Assembly: GCF_006345805.1 (NCBI RefSeq)
Contig: NC_042998.1
Span: 174,282,001-174,346,000 of the forward strand
Direction: 5' to 3'
Source: Octopus sinensis
Taxonomy: Eukaryota
Length of the DNA stretch: 64,000 nucleotides
The notes beneath the pieces are model-generated. The model made no database searches. It was not told the origin of the DNA and was given only the letters and a program-made list of their open reading frames with translations. The position numbers were made by a program, and so were the translations under genes. Below, one piece after another: positions 27,350-38,855 of the stretch. Within the stretch, counting starts at the first letter, position 1, and each line of letters starts with the position of its first letter.

Positions 27350-27389
<40 letters not shown>

Positions 27390-27910
27390 TGGATGGATGG
27401 ATGGATGAATGTATATGTGTATGTGTGTATGTCTAAAAATGATAGGCTAAATACAATTTACGTCAAATATTTGCAGTTTTATTTGGGTTGAAATACCACT
27501 GACTTCAGAGCAAGACCTTTTACTACAGTTCGCCTGCACTTAGCCTTTCTGACATTTACCTATTCCCACTCCGTTTGTAGTTTTAGTCCTGCTACTAGTA
27601 TGACCGGCAGGGGACACATTGCGTTTTAATGTATATGAAATAGTAAATATATTTAATGTCTTTAGTTTCTCTGAATATGCTATTTCAAGACGTCATTATT
27701 CAAGATTAATTTTAATTTCAAATAAATTCACTTGTGGTATGTATTTAACTGGCATAAAAACAGAGAAAAGCTAACAGAAACCGCATAGAAACACACGCAC
27801 ACATACGCACACATATACACACACATATATGTGAATGTGTGTACTTGTATGTAGTTATGTGTGTGCATGTATATATATACATGCATATATATATATATAC
27901 ATATATATAT

Positions 27911-27948
<38 letters not shown>

Positions 27949-28001
27949 GATATATATATATATAAATGTACATGTATACGTATAGATATATATACGTATA
28001 C

Positions 28002-28035
<34 letters not shown>

Positions 28036-28056
28036 CGTATACATATATAATATATA

Positions 28057-28098
<42 letters not shown>

Positions 28099-28241
28099 GT
28101 ACATGTATACGTATAGATATATATACGTATACATATATAATATATATATATATGTAAATATTATATATACGTATACATATATATATTATATATATATACT
28201 ATCCCTAGTGGGTTGCATCAATAACCACTAACTTACTCTGT

Positions 28242-28310
<69 letters not shown>

Positions 28311-28312
<2 letters not shown>

Positions 28313-28560
28313 GGAGAATTCACAAAAAAAAATAAAAAGGCAGGTGGTGTAGACAACAAACAGATGTATTAGTATGACGCCCGGGAAGGGAAAAAATCTT
28401 TGATGTTTCGAGCCAACGCACTTCCACAGAAAGGAACACAGAAAGAAACAATGAGAGAAAATAAAGACTGTTTAGTAGCTAGCGATTTATCATGGCGAAT
28501 GCCGGACATAAGGGTCACACAGGAGAGCTAGGAAGAAGGGGGGATAATAAAGTAGTGGTG
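28311..28560 (-). mobile_element. (TA)n-embedded PLE pLTR-like mini-element with a degenerate hammerhead
   Basis: Minus strand TTT-CTGTGGA-A-GTGC GTTG GCTC-GAAA-CA-TC-AAA at 28399-28432. Layout resembles 20292-20495. TA-rich flanks. Confidence 0.55.
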
Positions 28561-31084
28561 ATTCCATATATGTATATGTACGCATATATATATATATGTA
28601 TATGTGTATGTACCATTACTTTTAAGTAGAGTTACTACTTGCATCTCATACAGAGATTTTAGAACTAGCTACTTTGCCTGCTGCATGATCAGCGGCTGTA
28701 TGTCGATTGTTTGTGTATATATTGCGAACTTGGACGAACGGCTGCCATGTCCAGCAGACAGGTATAACCAATACCGAGGAAGGGTAATACCCAGAAACCA
28801 GCTAGGCTACTGGTTCCTGTCAACGCTGGATGGGAATTTTTCGCTCCCTTGTCTGCAATATAACAGACACAACTGTGTCATTAACTAGCTGGAGACATCC
28901 GCCTCGGGTTAAAAAGAGTAGTAACAGTGTTCTGTGCGGAACAACCACAATGAGATGGTAACAACCATTAATTGTGCGTGTGTGAGTGCGTGTGTGTGTA
29001 TGTGTGTGTTTGTGTGTGCGTCTGTGTGTGTGTGTGTGTGTTTGTGTGTGTGTGTTTGTGTGTGTGCGCGTGTGTGTGTGTGTGTGTGTGTGTGTAATAG
29101 AGGGATAACTAGCTAGAGAGAGATCTTTCAATAATCTCTAAAACTTGTAACTATTTGATACGCTATATCCATTTGTCACTCGAAACAATTGAAGTTTCTC
29201 TTATTATTTAGTAGTGTATTTCAAGAGAATAACAACATAGAACATTTACTGGTAGAACATTTATAATATTAACAGAAAATAATACTGGCGTATATTTCTA
29301 TTTCCTCATAAATCACAATATATTCAATAAATATAATGACAACGTAGAATATACTAAAATTCCCAGAATTTATTTTTGATTTAAAATACTCCATTTACTT
29401 TTGTTGTAAGTTATTTTCTGTGCAGTGCAACAAACACTGATCATCGTTGTAATTAAAATTTGTGTAACATGAATAACAACGCCTGCATCACATTTTCTAT
29501 ACATAATGTCAGCTATATCTATACATATTGTATTCTTCGCATATGCTCTACCTTCTCAATGCATCTGAAAATTGTTAAAGGAAAAACATGTTGCACCAGA
29601 CCTCGTTTTTTATGACACCAAATCGACGGGGACTTTTGATGACATTTTTTCAAAATGAATTTTCGTGAGAGAATGCAATAGTGGTTTCCTGTTGCCTTCA
29701 TGAGGCAATTCTTACAACATGCTACCTCGTCAATTTAATGCCAACATCGTCGCCATATCTTGCTTGGGCACATAGAATATAGAGAGTAGAAACTTTTTAG
29801 ATTTTGCCAGATTACCAACTTTACTGTTCTCTGTATGACTACTTTCCACTGTATCAGAGTGTTTTCCATTTATAACATAAACTAAATCGATTCATAATTT
29901 TGCATCTCCATTTCATTTTAATACAAAGGACTTTATATTATGTACGCGTGTGTACGTATCTGTATGTATATCTGCGTCTGCATGTGTGTGTGAGTCTATG
30001 CTCATAGATAACTGTATTGGGATATATTACTACTTAGAGTACATTAGTATCAACAGCAGATATATATGCCTGTAAGTATATTTCCATGTGTCAATAATAT
30101 CTTTGTGTATCAATATATATTTATGAAACATTCTACAGAATAATCTCAAGATTTTTTTTTCTATTACTGCGTTAGTGAAATGAAATTTCGCAAAAAGCTG
30201 ACCTTATAAATTCAGTACTGTTTCGGAGAAAAGGTTTGTTGAATGATTACACGTCTTTGTGTTGAATGAACTATTTTCTTATTTATAGATCCATGAGAGC
30301 AATATATCCAACCATACATGCGCGTGTGTGTATTTTAATTTGAGAGGTTATTATTTTAAAGGAATTTTAAGGTAGCAGTGAGCCAGTTACTAATGGAGAG
30401 GGAACAGCATTAAAAACATGGTAAAATTTTATTAATGGAAATATATATATATATATATATATAATATATATATATATTATATATATATATATATATACAT
30501 ATATCTTTATATATATATACATATATATACATACATACATACATACATACACACATACATACATACATACATACATACATACATACATACACACATACAT
30601 ACATACATACATACATACATACATGCATACATACATACGCTCCACAACCATACACAACCACACAAACACATATATATATAATATGTGTATCTTTTTCCCT
30701 TTTTTGTATGTTTTTTGTTTGTTTTTTCTTTCTTTCATTTTCTTTTTTTTTTTTTTTTGCTTGAAGCACTGTACTACACAAAATTTGAGTTTGTTTGGAA
30801 AGCTTCTTAAAATGTAAAAGAATGAAAAAAACATCAAAGTACCAAGAAGGTATTTCATTCAGTTCTTTCTCTATTTTCGTCTATTGATGGATATTACTCA
30901 AAATAGAAAGAAATATTGAATTATCCCTAACGTTCCATCTTAATACTTTGATGTTACTTTGATATCTATGCACTCTTTTGCATTGTAAGAAACTTTCCAA
31001 ATTTACTCAATTTCTCTTTGTATGTATATACAAGTATACAAACATATGTGTGTACGCTATGCAAGTCTCTCTCTCTCTCTCTCT

Positions 31085-31163
<79 letters not shown>

Positions 31164-31264
31164 GAGTGCGTGCGTTACATAAATAATATTTTCGGGATTG
31201 AATAAAAAGAAGACAACAAACGGAACATTTTGACATACCTATAAATATATATATATATGATTTT

Positions 31265-31495
31265 AAAACACGTCTAGTAAATAAACAAACGAACATATAC
31301 TAAATACACAGGCGAACAGAAAACACAGAAGGTCAGCAACTGTTCATCGGTTATTGGCCAGAGGGTTTGTTGATTGATGATGGCTGAAATTGCGTTTGAC
31401 CCTCTGGCTGATAACTGATGAAGGATTGGTGACCTGGTTTTTCTGTTCATCTGTATATTTAGTATATGTTCGTTTGTTTATTTCTTACACGTTTT
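31265..31495. repeat. Diverged inverted repeat between (TA)n tracts, with hammerhead-core remnants
   Basis: Arms about 31265-31365 and 31400-31495 (AAATAAACAAACGAACATATACTAAAT / ATTTAGTATATGTTCGTTTGTTTATTT). CTGATGA at 31415-31421. Confidence 0.85.
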
Positions 31496-31639
31496 GGGGA
31501 GAATTTTAATATATATATATATATACACACATACATATATATATATATATATTAATATATATATATATATATCATATTTTCTGTTTGTTGTCTCTTTTTA
31601 ATTTAATCTTGAATATTATATATATATATATATATATAC

Positions 31640-31746
<107 letters not shown>

Positions 31747-31747
31747 T

Positions 31748-31890
31748 GTTTCTTTATTAGCCACACATGGCTGAACACAGACGGGACAATTTACAAAATA
31801 GAGCTTTTCTTTTATGGGCGAAATAAAAAACAAAAAAGGGGAGTAGGTTTTCGATCAAAAGGAATCGTAAAAAGGAAAGAGAAAAATTAG
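31748..31890 (-). mobile_element. 3' end of a LINE (possibly Tx1-like) inserted in (GATA)n
   Basis: Minus strand ends ...GTGTTCAGCCATGTGTGGCTAATAAAGAAA then (TATC)n. GATA repeats lie on both sides. Clade assignment is from recollection only. Confidence 0.5.
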
Positions 31891-32031
31891 TAGATATATA
31901 GATAGATAGATAGATAGATAGTAAAGCCTTACTGCATGTCTATATACTGGCAAAGATGATTGCCGGCGGCGAACATAAGAAATTTCATCATTTCATTTTA
32001 CTTGTAGGAAGAACATTAAGTAAATGTATAA

Positions 32032-32067
<36 letters not shown>

Positions 32068-32879
32068 GAGAGAGACAGACAGACAGACAGACAGGTAACT
32101 AATGAAACGATACTATACAAATAGCAAGTTATTTTCTACGCAGTTTATTAGTGGGACCCGCCATTACAATCTCGCTGAAATCTTCACTGTAGAAAACTAC
32201 TCCACATTTACGAGTTACCAAATAATTATCGTTACGGGAACAATGTACAATCACCATTATTTTACGTCGAAAAGTAAAGAAAAAATCAGTATATTTAGAG
32301 AACTGACTTAGAAAATGGCCTTGTAAATATTCTATCTTCTATTTGTTTCAGTCATTGGACAGCAACTATGCTGGAACAATGCACTGGAGAGATTTGGTCG
32401 AACAAATCCACCCCAGTACTTATTTTTTCTATATATCTCGCCGAATTTCTAAGATACGAAGGCGTAAACAAATCAGTTTTCAATCGGTGGTGTGGACAAA
32501 CACACGCACAAAGACACAACAAGTATCCATGTATATGTGTATGTGTGTTTGCTCGCACGCTTTTCAATGCCTGCAAATCTAACGGAGGCCTCAAAATCCG
32601 TTTTAAGATCCACAGAGATAAGAACTTAACTGCGGTTCGTAGTGGTCCAAATTAGATATGCAATCTATGTGGGAGTCTTTTGAATACAATATCTGGCTTA
32701 AAAAGCCAAATCAGAAGCCATGATGGATCTAAATAGGAGGTCAGACACTGCATGAGGAGTAGACAACCATCATATGTATATACAAAGACAGACACACACG
32801 CACACACACACACACACAATATTATACATATATTAGGGATAAATATGACAATTTGCGAGGAAAACACAATATCCTATCC

Positions 32880-33365
32880 AAAAAATAGAAGCAGGTGAAG
32901 TCTAAGAAATTCCTCGATAACCACATCTGACTATTCCCGAAGATATGGCAAGGAACCAAATTTTGTTGTCACACGCATTTCCATACAGTAACGATTCTCT
33001 CTTGCCGAGGATTGACCACATTCTCCAACAACTTCACATAGCCGTCTGAATTGAGCGTATGACCCTGTTCAAAGACGTAGCAAGGAAGTCCGGTCTGTGG
33101 ACTTAGTCAGAACGCCCGCTGCATACCTTCCTGCCGGCCACGGCTTCGTAGTTTCCATTGCAGCTGTTCATTTTACGTCTTAGTGTTCACAGAGCATTGA
33201 GCAGCAATCATAATGACGGCATTTTTGACACCCCGCACAAATCATCATGATATAGGTCACACTTTTCTAATATTCAAATGGTTTCCACTCCTTCATATCA
33301 GCGAACATTTTCTCAACTACAACTTTAATCTTTATGCCCTCCAAATTTATCCCGAACATCTTGTG
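32880..33365 (-). mobile_element. Tc1/mariner 5' fragment
   Basis: Terminal-like CAAGATGTTCGGGATAAATTTGG on the minus strand, followed by a degenerate GC-richer transposase-like stretch. Confidence 0.4.
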
Positions 33366-33486
33366 TATATATAATATAGATTTAATATATAATATATATG
33401 TAATATATATATAATATTTAAATAATATATATATATATAAATATTATATTTAATATATGTATAAATAGTATAAGTAATATGAATAT

Positions 33487-33517
<31 letters not shown>

Positions 33518-33523
33518 CACATA

Positions 33524-34452
33524 TCTATATATATAAAACTCAACTTGTATGTCTGTGTGTGTATCTGTGTGTGTGTCTGTGTGTGTATCTATGTGTGTGT
33601 CTGTGTGTTTAACTTCCCGGCACATCTCCTCCTAGCCAATAAGTCGTAGAACCACCAAAATGGGTCACTTAAAGTTTAGGCGAATGAAAATTGAACTGCG
33701 CTATTTCTGTTCCGAAATTCATCTCGCAAGTGCAAAAATCGATAATGTGTTTGTTTAGGCCTTATCCCATGCATTGAATAGTGAACTTTACTCAGTCAGC
33801 TGTTTGACGTGAACTGTGTTCACCACGCGTGCAAGCATGCGTAAATTACATGAAAAATAAGAATCAAGATATAAAACGAATCGCCGTAAACATTGTAGAA
33901 ATTCGGCAAAGAAATGAATTTTCGGGATGTAACCTGGATGGTTTTTTCGTATTAATCGTTTGGATTTTGTGAACACATACCAATTGTTTTCATAACATTT
34001 TTAACGCTTTGAATGAAATGTGACCATTTTGCGTTGAGTCTGCAGTTTGAATCACTTAACCAAATTTTAGCAGGCCGGATTTTTGATCATCACGATACAT
34101 CGCCAGCGACTCCCTGAAACTCTCACCTGAAATCCCCGTTGAGAAATACTGATCTAAAAGAATAATTCAACAATGCAATTATTTGATCAACAAAAATTTA
34201 TGAAACGCTTCTACGTACTTCCTATTGAGGAAATGGAACACATAAGCGCAAAAATAGAGGGCATTAAATGCTTGATTTTAAAACCAAAATAATTGAATTT
34301 TGATTGAACTTCATCCAAGTTTAGCTTAATTCGCGCGTGCATAGAACGCACGAGCGCACTTACGTACATTGTGTAAGAAAGTATTGATTTTGCAGATTAA
34401 TCGATTTTCCTCAGTGCGATTAATAGTCACACAAAGCCGGGCAATACTGCTA

Positions 34453-34453
<1 letters not shown>
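33524..34453 (+). mobile_element. Non-autonomous Helitron
   Basis: A|TCTATATATATAAAA start. 3' end GCCGGGCAATACTGCTAG|T is nearly identical to the end of 4530-4927 (GCCGGGCGATACTGCTAG). Confidence 0.75.
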
Positions 34454-34509
<56 letters not shown>

Positions 34510-34565
34510 GCTTTTGTAATTAGTTTGTAAGATTCTTTAAATGAATTTGTGTATTGAAACAAATT

Positions 34566-34820
34566 TTGTTGTCTGAGTAGAATCATATTGCCTTAATATT
34601 ATTTAACACACTCATCTATTCAATTTCCACTAATCTATTTTTTTAGTATTATTTTTGTATGTTCCAAAGATTCTTCGTTGTCCTTGCAATCTAATCAATG
34701 GATATCCACTCTCAACGAAAAAGCTTTTTGGAACAGACAAAATATAGATAAATGAATGGAAATTGAACCGGTGTGTGTGTTAAATATATCAAGGCAATAT
34801 GACTCTCACCAGACACAACA

Positions 34821-34821
<1 letters not shown>
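34566..34821. repeat. Diverged inverted repeat between (TA)n tracts
   Basis: Arms about 34566-34680 and 34713-34821 (TCATATTGCCTT..ATTTAACACAC..TTCAATTTCCA / TGGAAATTGAA..GTGTGTTAAAT..AAGGCAATATGA). A related fragment lies at about 53160-53230. Confidence 0.8.
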
Positions 34822-34872
<51 letters not shown>

Positions 34873-35710
34873 GTAATATAAATGATATATAATATACATA
34901 TATAATATATATAAATCATATATAATATTATATGACTGGATTCCATAGTTTCTATCAAATTCATTCACAGGGCGTTGGTTATCCAGGGACTAAAGTAGAG
35001 GTAACAGCGCAATTAGGCTGTACCTAAAAATATGTGGCTGCTACGTGAGTTTCTTAACTACACAGCTATGCCTTGCCCCTATATAAAAATGTAGTCTTAC
35101 AAATATTTCCAGAAGTCTGTTTCACAAAATGAGTTGGATATCATTAGAAATTAGCTTATCACTACTAGATCTGATACTTACTCATGATGCAACAGGTGAT
35201 CTGAAGTAATATATCATTAAACGACCAGATAAGAAATTAACTATAGTCTGTCAGTTTAATTATACAGCATCTTTAATTTGCCAACAGGATTTTTGGTTGA
35301 CATAATGCAGTAAATAAGTATTTACAGTATTGTGTGTGTGTGTGTGTGTGTATGTGTGTGTGTGTGTGTGTGTGTATGTGTGTGTGTATGTGGCTGTCTG
35401 TCTGTCTGTGTGTTAGTGTTTGTGTTTTATGTTGAGGCAAAACAGCTCAGTGTAAATAGTATTTATAAATTCAAATATCCTCAGGTGTTGTATTTTGTTT
35501 ATCATCATGCCTTGTGTTACATTGCATCAGTTCAATTTGTACCGCTAAACAGATACCTAATCACATGGAAATGATATCTTCAAAGTAGACATCGTTCATC
35601 TTCGTTACACCGAATGCAAGGAATACTCATGTCAATTAATACACACACCTTATTTTGTCTGATCTTTTATAATAATATCCGGTTTATAGGCTTTTATAGT
35701 TTTGTCGGTA

Positions 35711-36140
35711 TAGGCGTAGGAGTCGCTGTGTGGTAAGTAGCTTGTTTACCAACTACATGGTCTCAGGTTCAGTCCCACTGCGTGGCACCTTGGACAAGTG
35801 TCTTCTACTATGGCCTCGGGTCGACCAAAGACTTGTGAGTGGATTTGGTAGACGGAAATTGAAAGAAGCTCGTCGCATATATATATTTATGTGTGTGTGT
35901 GTGTGTGTGTATGTGTGTGTGTGTGTGTGTATGTTTGTGCGTCTATGTTTGCCCCCCCCAACATCGCTTGACAACCGATGCTAGTGTTTTCACGTTGCTG
36001 TAACTGAGCGGTTCGGCAAAAGAGACCGATAGAATAAGTACTAGGCTTACAAAGCCCTGGCGTCGATTTGCTCGACTAAAGGCGGTGCTCCAGCATGGCC
36101 ACAGTCAAATGACTGAAACAAGTTAAAGAGCAAAGAGAGT
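35711..36140 (+). mobile_element. tRNA-derived SINE (family D) with internal (TG)n
   Basis: Head GCTGTGTGGTAAG...GGTTCAGTCCCACTGCGTGGCACCTTGG. Homologous to 60360-60750 and the tail at 53240-53335. Confidence 0.85.
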
Positions 36141-37080
36141 ATGTACTGGGAAGTCCCAGAGAATCGACACATTTTCTTCTCAGTCACAGCTTCAAGATGG
36201 TATTTATACCATTTGTCAGCGGTTTCGATTTTATAATGCCGACATATTGTCCGGTATTAATACTGGCCGACTCTGTCATGTCTTGCTTTATATTCTGCAA
36301 GTAGTAAGACTCTACACCCTGAGATTAGGTGGTCTATAGTTTCAATCTCATCGTTACAGAATCGGCATTTTGAGACAGCTCCATTTTTTATCACATTGAC
36401 TTGGTAGTTCCGGGTTAATAAGCTTTGGTATTGAGCAGCTAATATGAAACCTTCACTCTCAGCTTTTAGCCCTGAGCTTCGTAACCATTGCTGTGTGTGT
36501 TTCTGGTCAACATCAGCTTTTTTGCTACGGGCCACATACTTGCCATGCAGAGGTTCCTGCTCCCATCTCCTAGCTAATTTTTCATACGCATTTCTCTTTG
36601 CAATTGATTTTCTTTTCTTTGCAGCCACAGTTGGCGCATATCCTTCAACCTCATCAATCTGGTAGGTATCTAAGAGATCAGTAGCGAATTTTTGCTCTCT
36701 TTCAGAAAAGAGTGAAGTTTTTTCGATCTTTCATGTTTTCCAACAAGTTTTAGCATCCAATCGTTGGCTGTTTCAAGGTATTTGGCCAGTCGGATTGTGT
36801 TGGTTTTGTACGTAAGTTCAAGCCGGATCAAGCCTCGACCTCCCTGAACTCTGGGAAGGTAAAGACGATCCACGTCCGCCTTTGCATGGAGCATCTTATT
36901 ACAAGTCAGTAGCGCTTGCGGATTTTTCTATCAATTTTCATTATTTCACTGGTATTCCAGTTAAGCACATTGAAGCTATAATGAACAACTGGGACTGCTA
37001 AAGAATTTATGGCTAACACCTTATTATATGCATCCAGTTCAGACTTCACGACTGCTCGAACTCATCTATAACATTCCTAC
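36140..37080 (-). mobile_element. R4/Dong-like LINE fragment
   Basis: RLYLPRVQGGRGL, LHGKY, SEGFILAAQ, CRFC...ETIDHLISGC...YKARHDRVG. Abuts (ATT)n at 37081. Confidence 0.88.
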
Positions 37081-37081
37081 C

Positions 37082-37132
<51 letters not shown>

Positions 37133-37134
<2 letters not shown>

Positions 37135-37519
37135 CAGTTGAACATGTCCCTTAGTGGCTGACGATATGTGCATCTCTGATCACTAGCAGAGCATCATAGC
37201 CATGTGTTGAGAGGGATTCTTTGGGGTTTGAATAATTCATCATTGGAAACATGGGTGTTTCGTTCATCATCCTTAAACAACCCTTATTCAGGGACCTTTT
37301 TAGCGAGATGGGTTACTCAACCAGAAGAAAATTCTAACTGGGCCCCACCTGCAAGGACATGCGCTTTTTATCTTGATATGAGATCACCATGTTGCGCACA
37401 TATGGTTGTGATGCATGTGCCTAGTGTACCCTTATCAGACGGGTAGTCATATGGGTATACTGGGCTTCGTATATTTCGCCACCGTGTCACTTTGATGGAA
37501 ATGCACTGCTCTCTCACTC

Positions 37520-37520
<1 letters not shown>
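37133..37520 (+). mobile_element. Non-coding interspersed repeat flanked by (ATT)n/(AAT)n; second copy at 49615-50020 (-)
   Basis: GACGATATGTGCATCTCTGATCAC, GGAAACATGGGTG, AAATTCTAACT.GGCCCCACCTGCAAGG and TTTATCTTGATATGAGATCAC match the reverse complement of 49615-49865. Confidence 0.8.
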
Positions 37521-37600
<80 letters not shown>

Positions 37601-37629
37601 AAGAAGAAGAAGAAGAAGAAGAAGAAGAA

Positions 37630-37830
37630 ATTTTTCTACTCGGACTGAAATTTGGAAGGGGAGGACTAGTCGATTTCATCGACCCCAGTGTTTCACTAGT
37701 ACTTAATTTTTGGTACTCGAAAGGTTGAAAGCCAAAGTCGACCTCAGCAAAGTCGAACGTAGCGACGCATGAAATACCGCTAAGCATCTCGTCTGCTGGT
37801 ACCAACGATTCTGCCAGCTCGCTGCCTTGC
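37630..37830 (-). mobile_element. SINE (family C)
   Basis: GTCGATTTCATCGACCCCAGT...GCCAAAGTCGACCTC...GATTCTGCCAGCTCGC.GCC. Confidence 0.8.
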
Positions 37831-38059
37831 ATATAGGTGCAAAACAAGATGTAAATAAAAAGCAGTATTTGAATACCAAAGGCAGAGCAATGTATTATTT
37901 TATTAAAGCCGTGTTACCCAGAGCTTTACATGACCGTTCGTCAGACAGTTGTAATAATACACGGAGTCGTGAAATTCTGAGAAACAATCTGTGAAGATTT
38001 TTTGGTTTTAATAAAATTGTGCGTGTATGTATGTGTGTGTGCGCGCGCGCTCAATATTT

Positions 38060-38855
38060 TATTCATTTAGTTTTATATGTTTACACTGTTATCGCCTTGA
38101 AAATGTTCTCCATTTGAAGCAATGCATCGACTCTTGCGAAGGGATGCCTTTTAACACTTCCGTCGTTTTTTCTTTATCTCTTCCACATCTGCAAATTCCT
38201 TAGCACCAACTTTTGTCACCAGCGATGACCTTCGAAAAAAGTCCGGATTAATTTCCGACTGTCCTTTCAATTCATGACACGCACTCAGTCGTGACTGCTT
38301 TTGATCTTCTGTGAGCAAACGAGGCACAAATTTTGCTGCAACTGTTTTCATTCGCAATTCCTCGCTCAAAATTCGTTGGCAGGTGTTCCAGGACACAGCA
38401 GTCATATCAACAAGTTCGTCAATTGTTCGGTGACGGACCTCCAAGATCAGTTCATGAGTTTTCATTCGTTCGGGAGGTCGACGGTCGTCCTAAACGAGGT
38501 TGGTCTTCCCGCGACAGGTGACCATTCTTAAAGGTGAAAACTACTCGTAAATTTGTGTTTTGCTAATGGCATCATCCTTGTAAGCTCTTTGAAACATGAC
38601 AAATGTTTCGACCGCCGTTTTTCCCCAGCAGAAAACCGAATTTTACGGAAGTACGCTGTTCCTTCGTTTCAGCCATCGAAAAAATCGATGAAGAGGAGAG
38701 AAGCACTACAAAACAAAGACGCACCACGTGGCAATAGAACTACATTCGACGTCTCTGGTCAGCATAGTGATGCCTGAAGGTCGCATCAAGTGGCTTCTAG
38801 CGGCGGAAGCCTGAACTACAAAGGGCTTGTTCCACAGAGAATGTTTCCGCTCGTA
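38060..38855 (-). mobile_element. Internally deleted mariner transposon
   Basis: ORF 38151-38465 gives RTIDEL...CQRILSEELRM..VAAKFVPRLLTEDQKQSR..C..L, the mariner HTH and WVPRLL-like motif. Confidence 0.88.
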
